Origin: Octopus vulgaris
Lineage: Eukaryota
Length of the DNA: 64,000 nt
Assembly (NCBI GenBank): GCA_951406725.2
Contig: OX597818.1
Location: 21,328,001 to 21,392,000, forward strand
Direction: 5' to 3'
A program made the position numbers and the translations under genes. Below the pieces are notes generated by a model that searched no databases, had not been told where the DNA came from, and saw only the letters and a list, made by a program, of their open reading frames with translations. This document shows, piece by piece, positions 44,804 to 56,686 of the stretch (positions within the stretch are counted from its first letter, which is position 1; each line of letters opens with the position of its first letter).

Positions 44804-47089
44804 TATATATAGTTATTGTACATTCTGTAAAGAATGTAATAGAGAACAGTATAGAGCTCGTCCACCTTCAGATTTCCCCTCTGCTATCCTGTTGTAGTAT
44901 TATACGTACTTCCAGGTTTGCATTTGGGCATCTGTCTTGTTGGATAATAATCTAGTACGCGCAAATCCAAGGCCGCACGTCCAAAGTCAAGCGTTTGCGT
45001 ATGTCCCTCAGCAGCATTGTCCAGTAACATGCATACACGCATACGTTCAAGGTTATACGCAGTGCCATGCTCACGCACAGAATGACTAAGTGTCTATGCG
45101 GGAAATTGCTTTTTGTGGTGTTTGATGCATGGGCTAATTAATTAGTTGAAAGTGGATTCAAGTTAGAAAAACATAGGGCATTTGTGAAGTAGGAAAACCC
45201 AATCAATTTGCAGTAGCAAACAAAGAGCTTATTAGGTGGAAGTTAAGGCTAAAAGAAAGCGGTTGTAATTCAACTTAAATGGGGAAGCCCGTAAGGGATT
45301 GTTATGGGCAAACTCTAATCAAATTAAGATTTCACGCACCATAAGTAGTAACCTGAGTACCCTTGTCACCTGCTATATAGATAGCGAACAATTCAACCTC
45401 AAGCTGAATGCGAACTCAACAAACGATGGTTAAGTGTATTTTCAAAATCATGCTGTGGTGCGGTCAAATTCGAGTTTTTCGCTTTCTTCCTCCTTTTTTG
45501 TCCAACTGTGACATGCACAGTCCCACTAACTGAACGCTTCATATCATGTGCTTGTTGTTCGTTTCCAGTGTTTCAATAAAAAGTTCTTACTTAATCAAGG
45601 TAGTGCAGAAACACTTTATGACTCATGAGTTCTAGCCTTGAATTGCCTTAGGTACCGGTGTGCTTCTGTTTGGTTAGTTATAAAATGGGGTAAGAACAAA
45701 ACTCAGGCTTTTTACAGATAAAGATTGCTTCATTTTGTGCTAAATCCCTTTCTTTGTTTTCGGAAATTATGTTCGCCTTTCCATCGCATATGTTTTTTAA
45801 CACATTTGACTGAGCCTCTGCAGATTCTGAGCCCACCCAGATTTGCAGCTGCACTGGGTAATTAATCATCACAAATTTGGCGGCTTTGTTGAAGATGAAG
45901 GGGGAGCATGTTAGAAAATCAATAAAGATCACCATGAAAGCAAACCTTCACCAACAAAATGAAATGAATAATCAGGGCTGACAAAGTTTTCAAATTTCCT
46001 AGCAAGCAGAAAAATGTGACTGGAAATCAATTAGCATCTCAATCTTCACTCGTATCTCAAAACACAAAAGCATGAAATTTCCCTTAAGAAAATCTTTGTA
46101 TCTTAGGTCATTTGTACCTCAAGTTAGGGCTAAAAGAAAAGGTTGCAGTCAATTTAAATGCAGAAACCCACAAGGAATAGTTTTATTGAGTTTCCACTGA
46201 TTGATTGGCAATTTTGGTAAACTCGAATCAAATAAAGATTTCTTGCACCAAAAGGATCACCTTGATAACCCTATGTCCCTGCTGTGTAGGTAGCAAATGA
46301 TTCGATCTTAGGCTGAATGCAAACAAATAAACGTTTTTTATGAAAATCCCTTGTGGGGTCAACTTACTCATTTTTAATCTTAATTAAATAAAACATCCTG
46401 GGCTCTCGCTGGATAACTTAATTCAACTGAAAGCTTAAAAGTAAAGCCCTTCTTAAATAGATTCATTGAATAGGCTCCAACTCTTTTATGGCATACTTAA
46501 GGAATGATAGCATATTAAGCATATTTGGTCTTTGATGAAAATCACGCTCTCTTGTCATTCACTTGGTCTGACTCGTTAATTATTCCCTGCATTTCTCAAA
46601 TTAAAAAAGCTTGCACATTTGAAAGCCAAAATACATGATAATGCATCTTTGCAAAACACAAAAATGCACTGAGTCATACAGACTCTACAAATGCGCATGT
46701 GCATTCAACTGTTGGGCATAAGGGGTTGGTTTATCGATTTTTTTTAATGGCTTTCTGGGGTGACTGGGGAAATGAAAAGATCTTCACGACCGCCCTCAGA
46801 CAGTTTTGAAAGCCCATAGAAAATGTGAGCCTTTTAGGTGAAAAACTGGATTTGTATAGAGGATACACAGACATTTTGCCAATTATAGATATATATGTAA
46901 AGGTACTGGTAGCAGATAAAAGCACCCACTACACTCTCAGAGTCTTTGGCATTAGGAAGGATATCCGGCTGTAGAAATTCTGCCAGATCAGATTGGAACC
47001 TGGTGCAACCATCTGGCTCACCAGTCCTCAGTCAAATCGTCCAACCCATGCTAGCATGGAAAGCAGACGTTAAACAATGATGATGATGT

Positions 47090-47286
47090 ATAAATATATA
47101 TATATATGTGTGTGTATATATATATATGACAGGCTTCTTTCAGTTTCCATCTACCAAATCTAGTCACAAGGCTTTGGTAGACCTGAAGCTATAGTAGAAC
47201 TTGCCAAAGGTGCCATGCAGTGGGACTGAACCCAGAACCATGTGACTGGGAATCAAGCTTCTTACCACACACCATTGCCAGCACCT
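47090..47286 (-). mobile_element. tRNA-derived SINE, 5' half
   Basis: Reverse complement of the SINE head (gggactgaaccc...cttaccacac). Confidence 0.8.
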
Positions 47287-47850
47287 ATATATATAGAAAA
47301 TAATTTCTTTTTGTAGGCATTCATTAACATTTTGGTTAATATCAAATATTTCTTCCAGTTGTGCTATGCAATAGGATGGATGTTAAATACAGCTTTAGTT
47401 GTTTTAATTCTTTCCTCCAAATGTCTTTTTCATATACCCTCTCAAACATCTCATTTTCTCTTGCGCATATTAATTGAAATAATAGAAATCAGCAATATTA
47501 TGCTACTTCCCCAAGTTGTTATACAACTGAAAGATATCACCATACATAAGCAGATATCATCATCATCACTTAACATCCATTTTCCATGCTGGTATGGGTT
47601 GAACAGTTTTGACCAGCTAGCTAGCTGAAGAGCTGTTCAGGCTCCATGTCCGTTTAGGCATGAATTCTACAGCTGGATGCACTTCCTAATGCCAACCACT
47701 TTAATGAATGTATTGGGTACTTTCACACAGTACTGGCACAGGTGCGTTTACGTGGTACCAGTTCAAGTGCATTTATTCATCTGGTTTTCCTTGCTAGTAT
47801 GGGTTGGATGGAAATTTGCTGATACAGTAATGGTTATACACACATATATA

Positions 47851-48411
47851 TTGGGTTGTCCGGAAAGTTCATACTGATTTTTAAAGGGAGAAAAAAGGTC
47901 AATAAATACTTGCCATTACATTTTTAATCAACCAAATATTAATCATTTTGTTGCACAATGCGTCTCCATCTTTCCTTTAACTTGAAAATACCCTCATCCC
48001 AGAATTGAGGTGGTTTCATGGCAAAGAATTCATCAAGGTATCTTTTTACGTCATCCAAGGAATTGAAATTTTTACCATTAAGACTATTCTGCAGAGACCT
48101 GAATAAGTGGAAATCCGAAGGAGCCATATCTGGTGAATATGGAGGGTGGTGTAACACATCCTAGCCAAGCTGCAGCAATTTTTGTCTGGTTCCCAAAGCA
48201 TCAAGTGCCGAAAATGAACTTTTTTCCATTTTAAAGGGTTACAGAATTAACACAGGTTATAGGAACATAAACTTTCTTCCATGAAAAGAAAGCTTAAACC
48301 GTGCTCTAAATGGAGGTGCAGTCAAATCCTATTTTATGGACTCGACCATGTTCTAAAATAAGTCGAAAGGTAAGCTACTATAATTCGGCATGAACTTTCC
48401 AGACAAGCCAA
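47851..48411 (-). mobile_element. Internally deleted mariner transposon
   Basis: TA|ttgggttgtccggaaagttcat ... atgaactttccagacaagccaa|TA TIRs; ORF HPPYSPDMAPSDFHLFRSLQN (mariner YSPDLAP motif). Confidence 0.93.
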
Positions 48412-49589
48412 TACAATCAGATGTATTCAGAAACAGGAAATAAGGAATGTAGCTGGAGTAGATGTGAGAAGCATAGCTAAAGAGAGGAAAGATGACAAGC
48501 TTTGACAGCATAGTACTTCATGTGGCTACAAAGAGCAGAAAACATTACCTGATTAACACAACAAAATTATATTATTGAGCTGGTTATATTCTATGATATA
48601 CCACAGTTGTAATTATATTTTGATGTTTATGTATTAAATATGTTTTAGAAAAATATTACATGAGTAAATGTTTGTTCATTGATAACAAGGATATGTAGTA
48701 ACATAATAAATCTAGTGTTTGTATATACATGCATATTTGTAGATGTGCAGAAGATATTGCTTATGGCCAACCTCCATCTGATTTAATATTGGTTCTTATT
48801 CTACCTCTGAAGTTAAGCAATTTCATGCTTTATTACTACTTAGATAGTTAACACTTAGGTTAATGATAGAATTTTAATGGAACTAAATACAAAATGCAAC
48901 ATGAAACTACACTGAATAGCAAGAACACAGACTCACTTTATCGTGCACTCTTCCTCAACATACAGACAAATGGTAGTGTGTATATGCATACACACTCTCC
49001 TTACACATCAGCGAAAAATGTAAAGTATTTAAGTTTTAATTTATAGTCCAGTATATTGGAGTACATGTTTACATGTCATGAATTCAAATTTTCTGTGTTT
49101 CACCAATTATTGCAAGCTTTTGTCATTTGATCCACTCAAGAGAATTGCCAGGTTTTGCTGTGTGTGTCAAATTTATTTTGCTACAGTTTCTACAACTGAA
49201 TGCTCCTCCTATTGTAACCACACTTTATTGCATAAACTGGATTGTCTGCTGTGTTTCCAAATCTTTAAAATCCTTCCTATCATTAAAATTTTTTCATATT
49301 TTCTACACTGATGTAGTTTTGCATTCTGATTACTAAAATCACATTATTTTTCTCTAGAAATTAATAAAAAAAAACATACAAGCCTTTTAAGTTATGAAAT
49401 TCCAGCCAATCAGAAACCTCTATTGCTGACATACAAGAAGCTGAAGTTGTCTGTTTCCATGGGATTAACGTTATTGAATGCATCTTTTGTTATCCATCTG
49501 TCATCTGTTTCCTGCCTAGGTTCTTTGATCAAGTGCAGCAAACCATATTTATTTCTTTTTGTCTAAAATCAAGACAAAAACAACTCTTT

Positions 49590-49850
49590 AACACTGAATT
49601 TCATGAATTAGTTGGTGAATGTAAAGCTGGAGAAGAAGCAGTAATGTTTTTTCAGGAAAAGGGTTTTATACCAAAGAATAAATGTCAAAGGCAAAATGTT
49701 ATGAGCATGAAGTACACCATGGCTATATATATTGGTGCTGTAGTAAGAGCGTATTCTGTGAGTCTGTCTCTGTAAGAAAAGGCATATGGTTGGAAGGGAG
49801 CACTCTTCCTCTTTGGAGTGTGGCTCTTATTTTTGTATCCTGGATATGAG
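49590..49850 (+). mobile_element. Merlin/IS1595-like transposase N-terminal remnant
   Basis: EEAVMFFQEKGFIP..C, then after a frameshift YWCCSK...C.SVSVRKGIWLEGSTLPL...IFVSW, resembling the Merlin W.C...C..S.RKG.WF..S.L motif. Confidence 0.55.
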
Positions 49851-51449
49851 GTAATATGCTAATGCAGAGGTATCATAGAAATGTGTAAATGCTGACAAAA
49901 ATAAGTTAACATAAAAGAATAATTATCGAATGTTAATTTATAGAAACTGCAGTAGAAATTTATCATAATAATATTGATAAAATTAATGAGCTGGATGCAT
50001 GCCTTCCCTTTCTTACAAGTATATGAAATCACAATTTGTTTTACAGCTTAAACTAACAGTTTGACTGCTAAATTCCTCTCCTTCTTACTCAGTGCCATGA
50101 AACACCCTCTCTTAAGAATGCCTAAGACAATCTTTTGACCTATTACAATAGACCATATTGATTGTTTTATATAGTTAGAGCATTCACTCCCTTCTATACT
50201 TCATGGAGAGATTTGGCTTCACAGTTGTAGTGGTGAGACTCCTTCTAGAAATTTGAACAATCCAAAGAAACTCCAAAGTTTAGTGAGACATGACTTCACA
50301 GCAAAAGCAACTCATCTAGGAACATAAACAATCTGAATAAATTCAGCAATTTACCAGAATGATTGGCCTAACTACACAAAGACATGCTGTCTAAAAGAGT
50401 GGAAAGTAAGTCTAAATTAAAAACTGACACGAGTATAGGAATGACCCTTTAATCCTGAGAGACTGTCATGTAGGTGGCATGGTAAAATTTATGTTGTGCA
50501 TGCAGTAAAGTTGTCGGTAATATGAAGAACCCTGCCAAAGATTTTTAAAATCATAATGGTTGCAAAGACAATGAAAAGCCTAAATGTGTTTATGAGTCTA
50601 ACACCATGTTGGTACTTACGCATGCTAGTAGGATGACCAGGTGTGAATACTGGACTATCATTAAATGACTACACCACCAAGTCTTTATTTTAGGTGCAGA
50701 AAATAGATTTAAAAAGAAAAACAGCCATTGCTATCAGCAACAACTCTCTTCCATTCAGATACAGAATTCTTTACAACTACCAACACCAACATTGATATAA
50801 TGAAAGGTAGATCTTTAAAGATTGTAAAGATACTTTAGCAGAAGCATTTATGTGTGTGCAGTATATAAGAGATGAAAGAAAGAAGAGCCTCAGCCAGATT
50901 CCTCATGAATAAGGAATACTAGTGGAAATTTTTCTGGGTTTATCAGGCAATTTTGGAATGGGTGGAGTAAGTGTATTTTTTAGCAGAGAAATGGATTGAG
51001 TCAATTATGCTTAGACAAGTCATAGGCAACAATGATCACTGTTGGAACTGGCAAGTAATCAAAAATACACATTTCTAAGCTTCTTTTGCAGATAACCTCA
51101 TCCAGTGCATGTTACTACCATGCTGGATACTATGATATACATAGAGGCAATAGACAGATAGAAGACAGAGATATAAAAGCTAAGAGAGAGAACTATAAAG
51201 ACTACAATATGAGGGTGATCTAGATTAGTTTCTAAATTCTCGTGATGTAAAAAAAAAAATTCTTGCTGATAAGAACAAAACTTCTAAAATGGATGTCATA
51301 TTTACAGATGTGGCTTTGAGTACCACTGGCAGTATTCAACCTTTTCTATCCAAGGGCTTTTTTAACTCAGTATTTACATGTTTTTAATTATAGCTCTATC
51401 TACTTCAAGTTCCATGATTAATTACACACACACACACACATATATATAT

Positions 51450-52218
51450 AATTAAATAAAGAGATACAATTGACAATCCAATAATTTGTTTATATTATAA
51501 TTATTTAAGCAACCAAAAAAGCCAATAATTTGTTTTGACTTAAATACATTTTTTTATATATAAACAATTCAATTCCCTTATATATAATTCAGAACAATGG
51601 TGTGTAGATAGACGAAATTCCTTGTGAAAGAATAGCTGGATTGTAAAAACTTTTTTTTATATCAATAACTTTAAATAAATAGAAGAGTTATATATTAAAA
51701 ATATATTATCGTTATATCTTTTTACTCGTTTTATTACAGTTTATAGATTAAGACCCTGATACTTAATTATATATGTATATATTATTATAATAACGAAAGA
51801 TTGTCTTACACATAAACAAATTTGGACTGATATTATTTGAGATATATAGATATATATATTTCGATAGTTGTAGATTCTACTTAGTTATTTTTTGTCTGTT
51901 ATAATTTTTAATGTAATTCATATGTAGTTGAATGACTAACACTCATACTCATAATTTGAATTTGAATTAATTTTTCTACAGTCCAGCAATTCTTTCACAA
52001 GGAATTTTGTCTATCTACAAACCACTGCTCTGATGTGACTTATATATAAGGGAATTGAGTAGTTTATATATCAAAAAAATGTATATAAGTTGAAACAAAT
52101 TGTTGGCTTTTTGGTTGCTTAATTAATTGTTTATGCTATATTATATTATATTTATAGTATATTATGTTATAATATAAATGAATTATTGGATTGTCAATTG
52201 TATCTCTCTATTTAATTT
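51450..52218. repeat. Long inverted repeat, arms about 200-250 bp
   Basis: 51450-51650 is a diverged reverse complement of about 51970-52218. Confidence 0.85.
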
Positions 52219-52619
52219 ATTGTTTGTAATTTGCATTATACCCATATTTATGTGGTATTCAGTCAACATACCAGTGAATTGGATGTTTTACACACCCCTT
52301 TGAAGTAATTCTTTTTCTTTGTTTATTACCTTTATATACATACATATATATATATATATATAGGGAGAGTTTACGAAAAAATACAAAAGACGAAGACAGG
52401 TGGTGTACAAAACAAACATGTATTAGTATAATGCTCAGGAATAGAAAAAGTCTTTTACGTTTCGAGCCTACGCTCTTCTACAGAAAGGGACACAGAAAAA
52501 ACAAAATGTGTGTAGTGGCTAATGATCTATCATGGCATATATATAAATACATATATATATATATACTTACACACATATGTATACACATACTACTTATGTA
52601 TAAGTAATATATAATAAAT

Positions 52620-53010
52620 GCAAGTATGGCTAATTGCTAAGAAATATGGTTCTGAGTTCAGTCACATTGTGTGGTACCTTGGACAAGTGTTTTCTGCTAT
52701 AGCCCTGGACTGACCAAAATCACTGTGGGAGACAGAAACTGAAAGAAGTGCATATATATATGTGTGTGTTTGTGTCTCCTTGTCTTGGCATTACATGCGA
52801 GTTGTAAAATAGTTCTCACTGTCATAAAAGCAATGTCATTCATTACCAATATCCTGCAAGAAAATGTTTGATCATGAGGAAATATTATCTTAGCATGGAA
52901 ACGACTGAGAGTTGACAACAAGAAGAGCATTCAGGTATAGAAAATCTGCTTCAGATAAACTCTGTCTGAACCATAAAAGTATGGAAAAGTGGATGTCAAG
53001 ATATAATGAT
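52620..53010 (+). mobile_element. Degenerate tRNA-derived SINE variant
   Basis: gagttcagtc B box, gaaactgaaagaag body, catggaaaagtggatgt-like tail. Confidence 0.65.
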
Positions 53011-53035
53011 ACATACATACATATATATATATATA

Positions 53036-54030
53036 TCATCATCGTTTAACGTCTGTTCTCCATGCTAGCATGGGTTGGACGGTTCGACCAGGGATCTGGG
53101 AAGCCAGAAAGCTGTACCAGGCTCCAGTCTGATCTGGCAGTGTTTCTACAGCTGGATGCCCTTCCTAATGCCAACCACTCCGTGAGTGTAGTGGGTGCTT
53201 TTTACGTGCCACCTGCACAAGTGCCAGGCGAGGCTGGCAACGGCCACGATCGGATCGGTGCATTTTACGTGCCACCGGCATGGAAGCCAGTCAAGGCGGC
53301 GCTGGCATCGGCCACGATTCAGATAGTGCTTTTTACATGCCACCGTCTCAGGGATCACAACTGCAGTTTCCATTGATTTTGATGTTGGTGTACTTGACTC
53401 AATGGATCTCCTCAAGCACAGGGTCAAAATGGTGTTGCTTCACTTGCCACCTGCACAGGAGTCAGTCCAGTGGTCCTGGCAACTGCTGGGTGCCAGTCAT
53501 AGGATTGGTTCAATTTCGATTTCACTTGCTCCAAGAGGTCTTCGCAAGCAGAGTTTAGTGTCCAATGAAGGGAGGTTGGCATGGGTGCCTGTCGTCGGAT
53601 GAGGTTCGATTTCGACTTCGCTTGCCTCAACAGGTCTTTGTGTGTCCAAGGGAGGAAAGACATGCATAAGTGGGCTGGACTCACTTGTCCTGCCAGGTCT
53701 TCTCACGCACAGCATATTTCCAAAGGTCTTGGTCGCTAGTCATTGCTTCGGCGAGACCTAAAGTTTGAAAGTCGTGCTGCACCACCTCGTCCCAGGTTTT
53801 CCTGGGTCTACCTCTTCCACGGGTTCCCTCAACTGCTAGGGACTGGCGCTTTTTCACACACCTATCTTCATCCATTCTCGCCACATGACCATACCAGTGC
53901 AATCATCTCTCTTGCACACCCCAGCTGATGCTTTTTAGGTCCAACATTTCTCTCAAGGTACTAACACTCTGTCGAGTATGCACACTGACATTACACATCC
54001 ATCGGAGCATACTGGCTTCATTCCTCCAGT
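53036..54030 (-). mobile_element. RTE LINE 3' end with long 3' UTR (5'-truncated)
   Basis: WYGHVARM...GRGRPRKTWDEVV..D; similar to 130-440; (GAT)n tail. Confidence 0.9.
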
Positions 54031-54794
54031 ATCTCTGATGGATGTGTAATCCATCGGAATATATATATATATAAGACAGTTAATCACATGTGTATCAATA
54101 GAAGAGGTAGATCGCAATATAAATGAAATAAAGGAATATTTTTGATATATTATACATACATTCATGTACAGTACTCAGAGTCTTGAAGCTAGCTATAGCA
54201 TGAAATTACCCAATCCCCAATGAAAACCACTCAGCATACCACTGTTCATCAATTGTTATGTGAAGTCATTGTGGGAAAAATAACCCTCATTTTTTTCTCA
54301 TAACAGCTTCACAGAACAGTTGTCTTGAGATGACCAATACATTGTGAGCAAAACTGATATTCAGAAACTAAGCCAACATCATTCGATTTACAGAGTATTC
54401 TATGTTTTTTATCATAGCACCAATATAACACTGAAGTTTCTTTGTAACTTTCCAGAGTAAAGATCTTAAAGGGGACCTTATACTGAAGAAGATTGCAGAA
54501 GAGAGGGTGTGATGATTCTAGAAGGGGTGTTCAGAAAGAAGTATGAATAGAGGAACAGTTGTGAGGAAGGTAGTAGTGGAGAGAGTGACTAATAATACAT
54601 TATTGGGGTTAGGAGTACAAATAGGCCAGGGAATACATGAAGCACTAGTGTCAGGTTTTTGTGAGAAAGAGAGAGAGGAGTAGAGCTGATAAGGTGAGTT
54701 GTGAGGTCCAAGAATATACCACATTATTAGGACAAGTATGAGTGGAAGGGAACATGAAAGAGAAACAGGTCAAAGGCAAGGATCCTAAGAATAT

Positions 54795-55012
54795 CTATTT
54801 CTTTACTACCCACAAGGGGCTAAACACAGAGAGGACAAACGGATTAAGTCAATTATATCGACCCCAGTGTGTAACTGGTACTTAATTTATCGACCCCGAA
54901 AAGATGAAAGGCAAAGTTGACCTCGGCGGAATTTGAACTCAGAATGTAACAACAGACGAAATACTGCTAAGCATTTCGTCCGGCGTGCTAACGTTTCTGC
55001 CAGCTCGCCACC
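54795..55012 (-). mobile_element. tRNA-derived SINE, second family, well preserved
   Basis: Minus strand ggcgagctggcagaa...gagttcaaattcc...ggggtcgataaa... Confidence 0.85.
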
Positions 55013-55289
55013 TACACACTGGTGATGGTGTGGCTGTTACTTTCTGTTGCTTCCTTTCTATTTCTTATCGCCACATTCTCCCTCTTTGTTTCTCTCTCAC
55101 TTTCTCACTCTCTTACTCTTCCTTTCTCTCAGACTCTCCCTCGCTTTCTCTTACTCTCTATCTCTCTCCCATTTATAACAAACAAAAGATCTTGAGTAAG
55201 TTGAGAAAGAAAAATATTTTGAAAGATCAATCATAAATATCAGGCAGTGACAACAGAAAGCACACTTGCCTTTTGTATGTGCCATTATT

Positions 55290-56072
55290 TGAGCGATTAA
55301 AAATAAGAAAAAAAGGATTTCTTGGTTAAATTTAGTACTTATTTAGGGAATTTTTCGACGATTGACCATGTAAATGAATGCTTTAAACATGGGCTACATG
55401 CAGCTGTAAATTTCTTTCAGAAAAAATGAAAACTGTAAACAATAAAAAATAAAAGGCAAAAATACGTAAAAATGAGAAATTTTTTCAACTTCAAAAATCT
55501 TGCCTCAATTTACAAAATTTCAAACCCATTTTCCGCACTTAAATTACAAATCCGCTTCCACTTTACCATGTTGAAAATTTGATTGAAATCGGGTAAAAGG
55601 TGTCCAATCTAGACCCCCCCCAAGTGTCCCGAAAAATCAATAAAATCCCCATTTTCACTGCAAAGCAACCACTGTAGTGCCCCAAAACGTCTCTCCCAAT
55701 CAATTTCTCACCTCAAGTTACCCCCCCCTGTAAATTTTAAAACCCTTCCAGCCCCATTTAGACCCCTTTTTATATAAAAATCCAATTTGTATCAATGTTC
55801 GCCTTCTTCATTTTATAGATTAGATTAGATGCCAGTCGCACACATCTGGAGGGGCTTAGAGCCCCCTTGAATTGATAAAAAATCACTCTTCTCACCATAG
55901 CAACCACATCTTTCCAGATGGTGAGTTTTAATATACTCAACTCTCTGCCTCATCACGCCTTCTATGCCTGTGTCAATTTTCAGCTCGATCCAAACATTGG
56001 TCTGGCCGTCAACCTCTGACGTAGCAAAATGGGCACACAATTTTGACCCAAAGCCTCTTTTATATATATAGA
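55290..56072 (+). mobile_element. Putative non-autonomous Helitron/Helentron-like element
   Basis: aaaatttgattgaaatcgg and aattttcagctcgatc motifs, small hairpin ggggct.agagcccc, ends in ttatatatatagat; boundaries uncertain. Confidence 0.4.
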
Positions 56073-56289
56073 TATAATCATCGTTTTAATGTCCACTTTT
56101 CCATACCTGCACAGGTCAGATGGAGTTTATCAAGGCAGATTTTCTCTTCACCTGTTTCCAAGTAAAGTAATATTTGCTCATGGCCAGACATCTTTTTGCA
56201 GAACATTGGAAATGAATGCCACTGATATTTCTTTGCAACCTCCAGTGGCTTCAAACTATCAAGGCCACCAGCACTGACACTGTCCCTTC

Positions 56290-56686
56290 TATTACTTACT
56301 ACTTGTACTTGTGGCAACATTCACCCTGGGCAGGTTGAGTTGGCTTCTTCTACCACCCTCGAGGCATTTTGAACCATGGTGGTGGAAGAAGTTTCGTGGG
56401 GATATGAATTTCACAAGCGGTCCCCAACAATCCTGCATGTAGAGACATCTTGTTTGTTGCAGATTGTCCGCAGATGCAGGGACAGAATGACCGAGGAGCC
56501 GCCGGTTGCCGAAACAGACACTCCGAGGATTTTCACAAGAGCCCCGTCTGCCGAGTTGTGGCCCTAATACCACTCGGTGTCAGACCAATCCGCTTTGGGT
56601 GGCCCTACCAGGAACCAAAGTTCCCGACGGCATAGCTCTGACACTACCCGTTGCCAGCGTCCCCACCACGGTGAGGAGGGGATGGA
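56290..56686 (-). mobile_element. Short RTE-derived element (RTE 5' UTR joined to a simple-repeat tail)
   Basis: Minus strand ...gagctatgccgtc...ggtagggccacccaa.gcgga, resembling BovB/Expander 5' ends; ends in aagtagtaagtaa. Confidence 0.6.

Noticed and set aside
44884-45078. ORF containing MLLDNAAEGH, reminiscent of pogo/Tigger LLLDNA.GH
   Set aside because: A single short motif with no other recognisable DDE_1 similarity.
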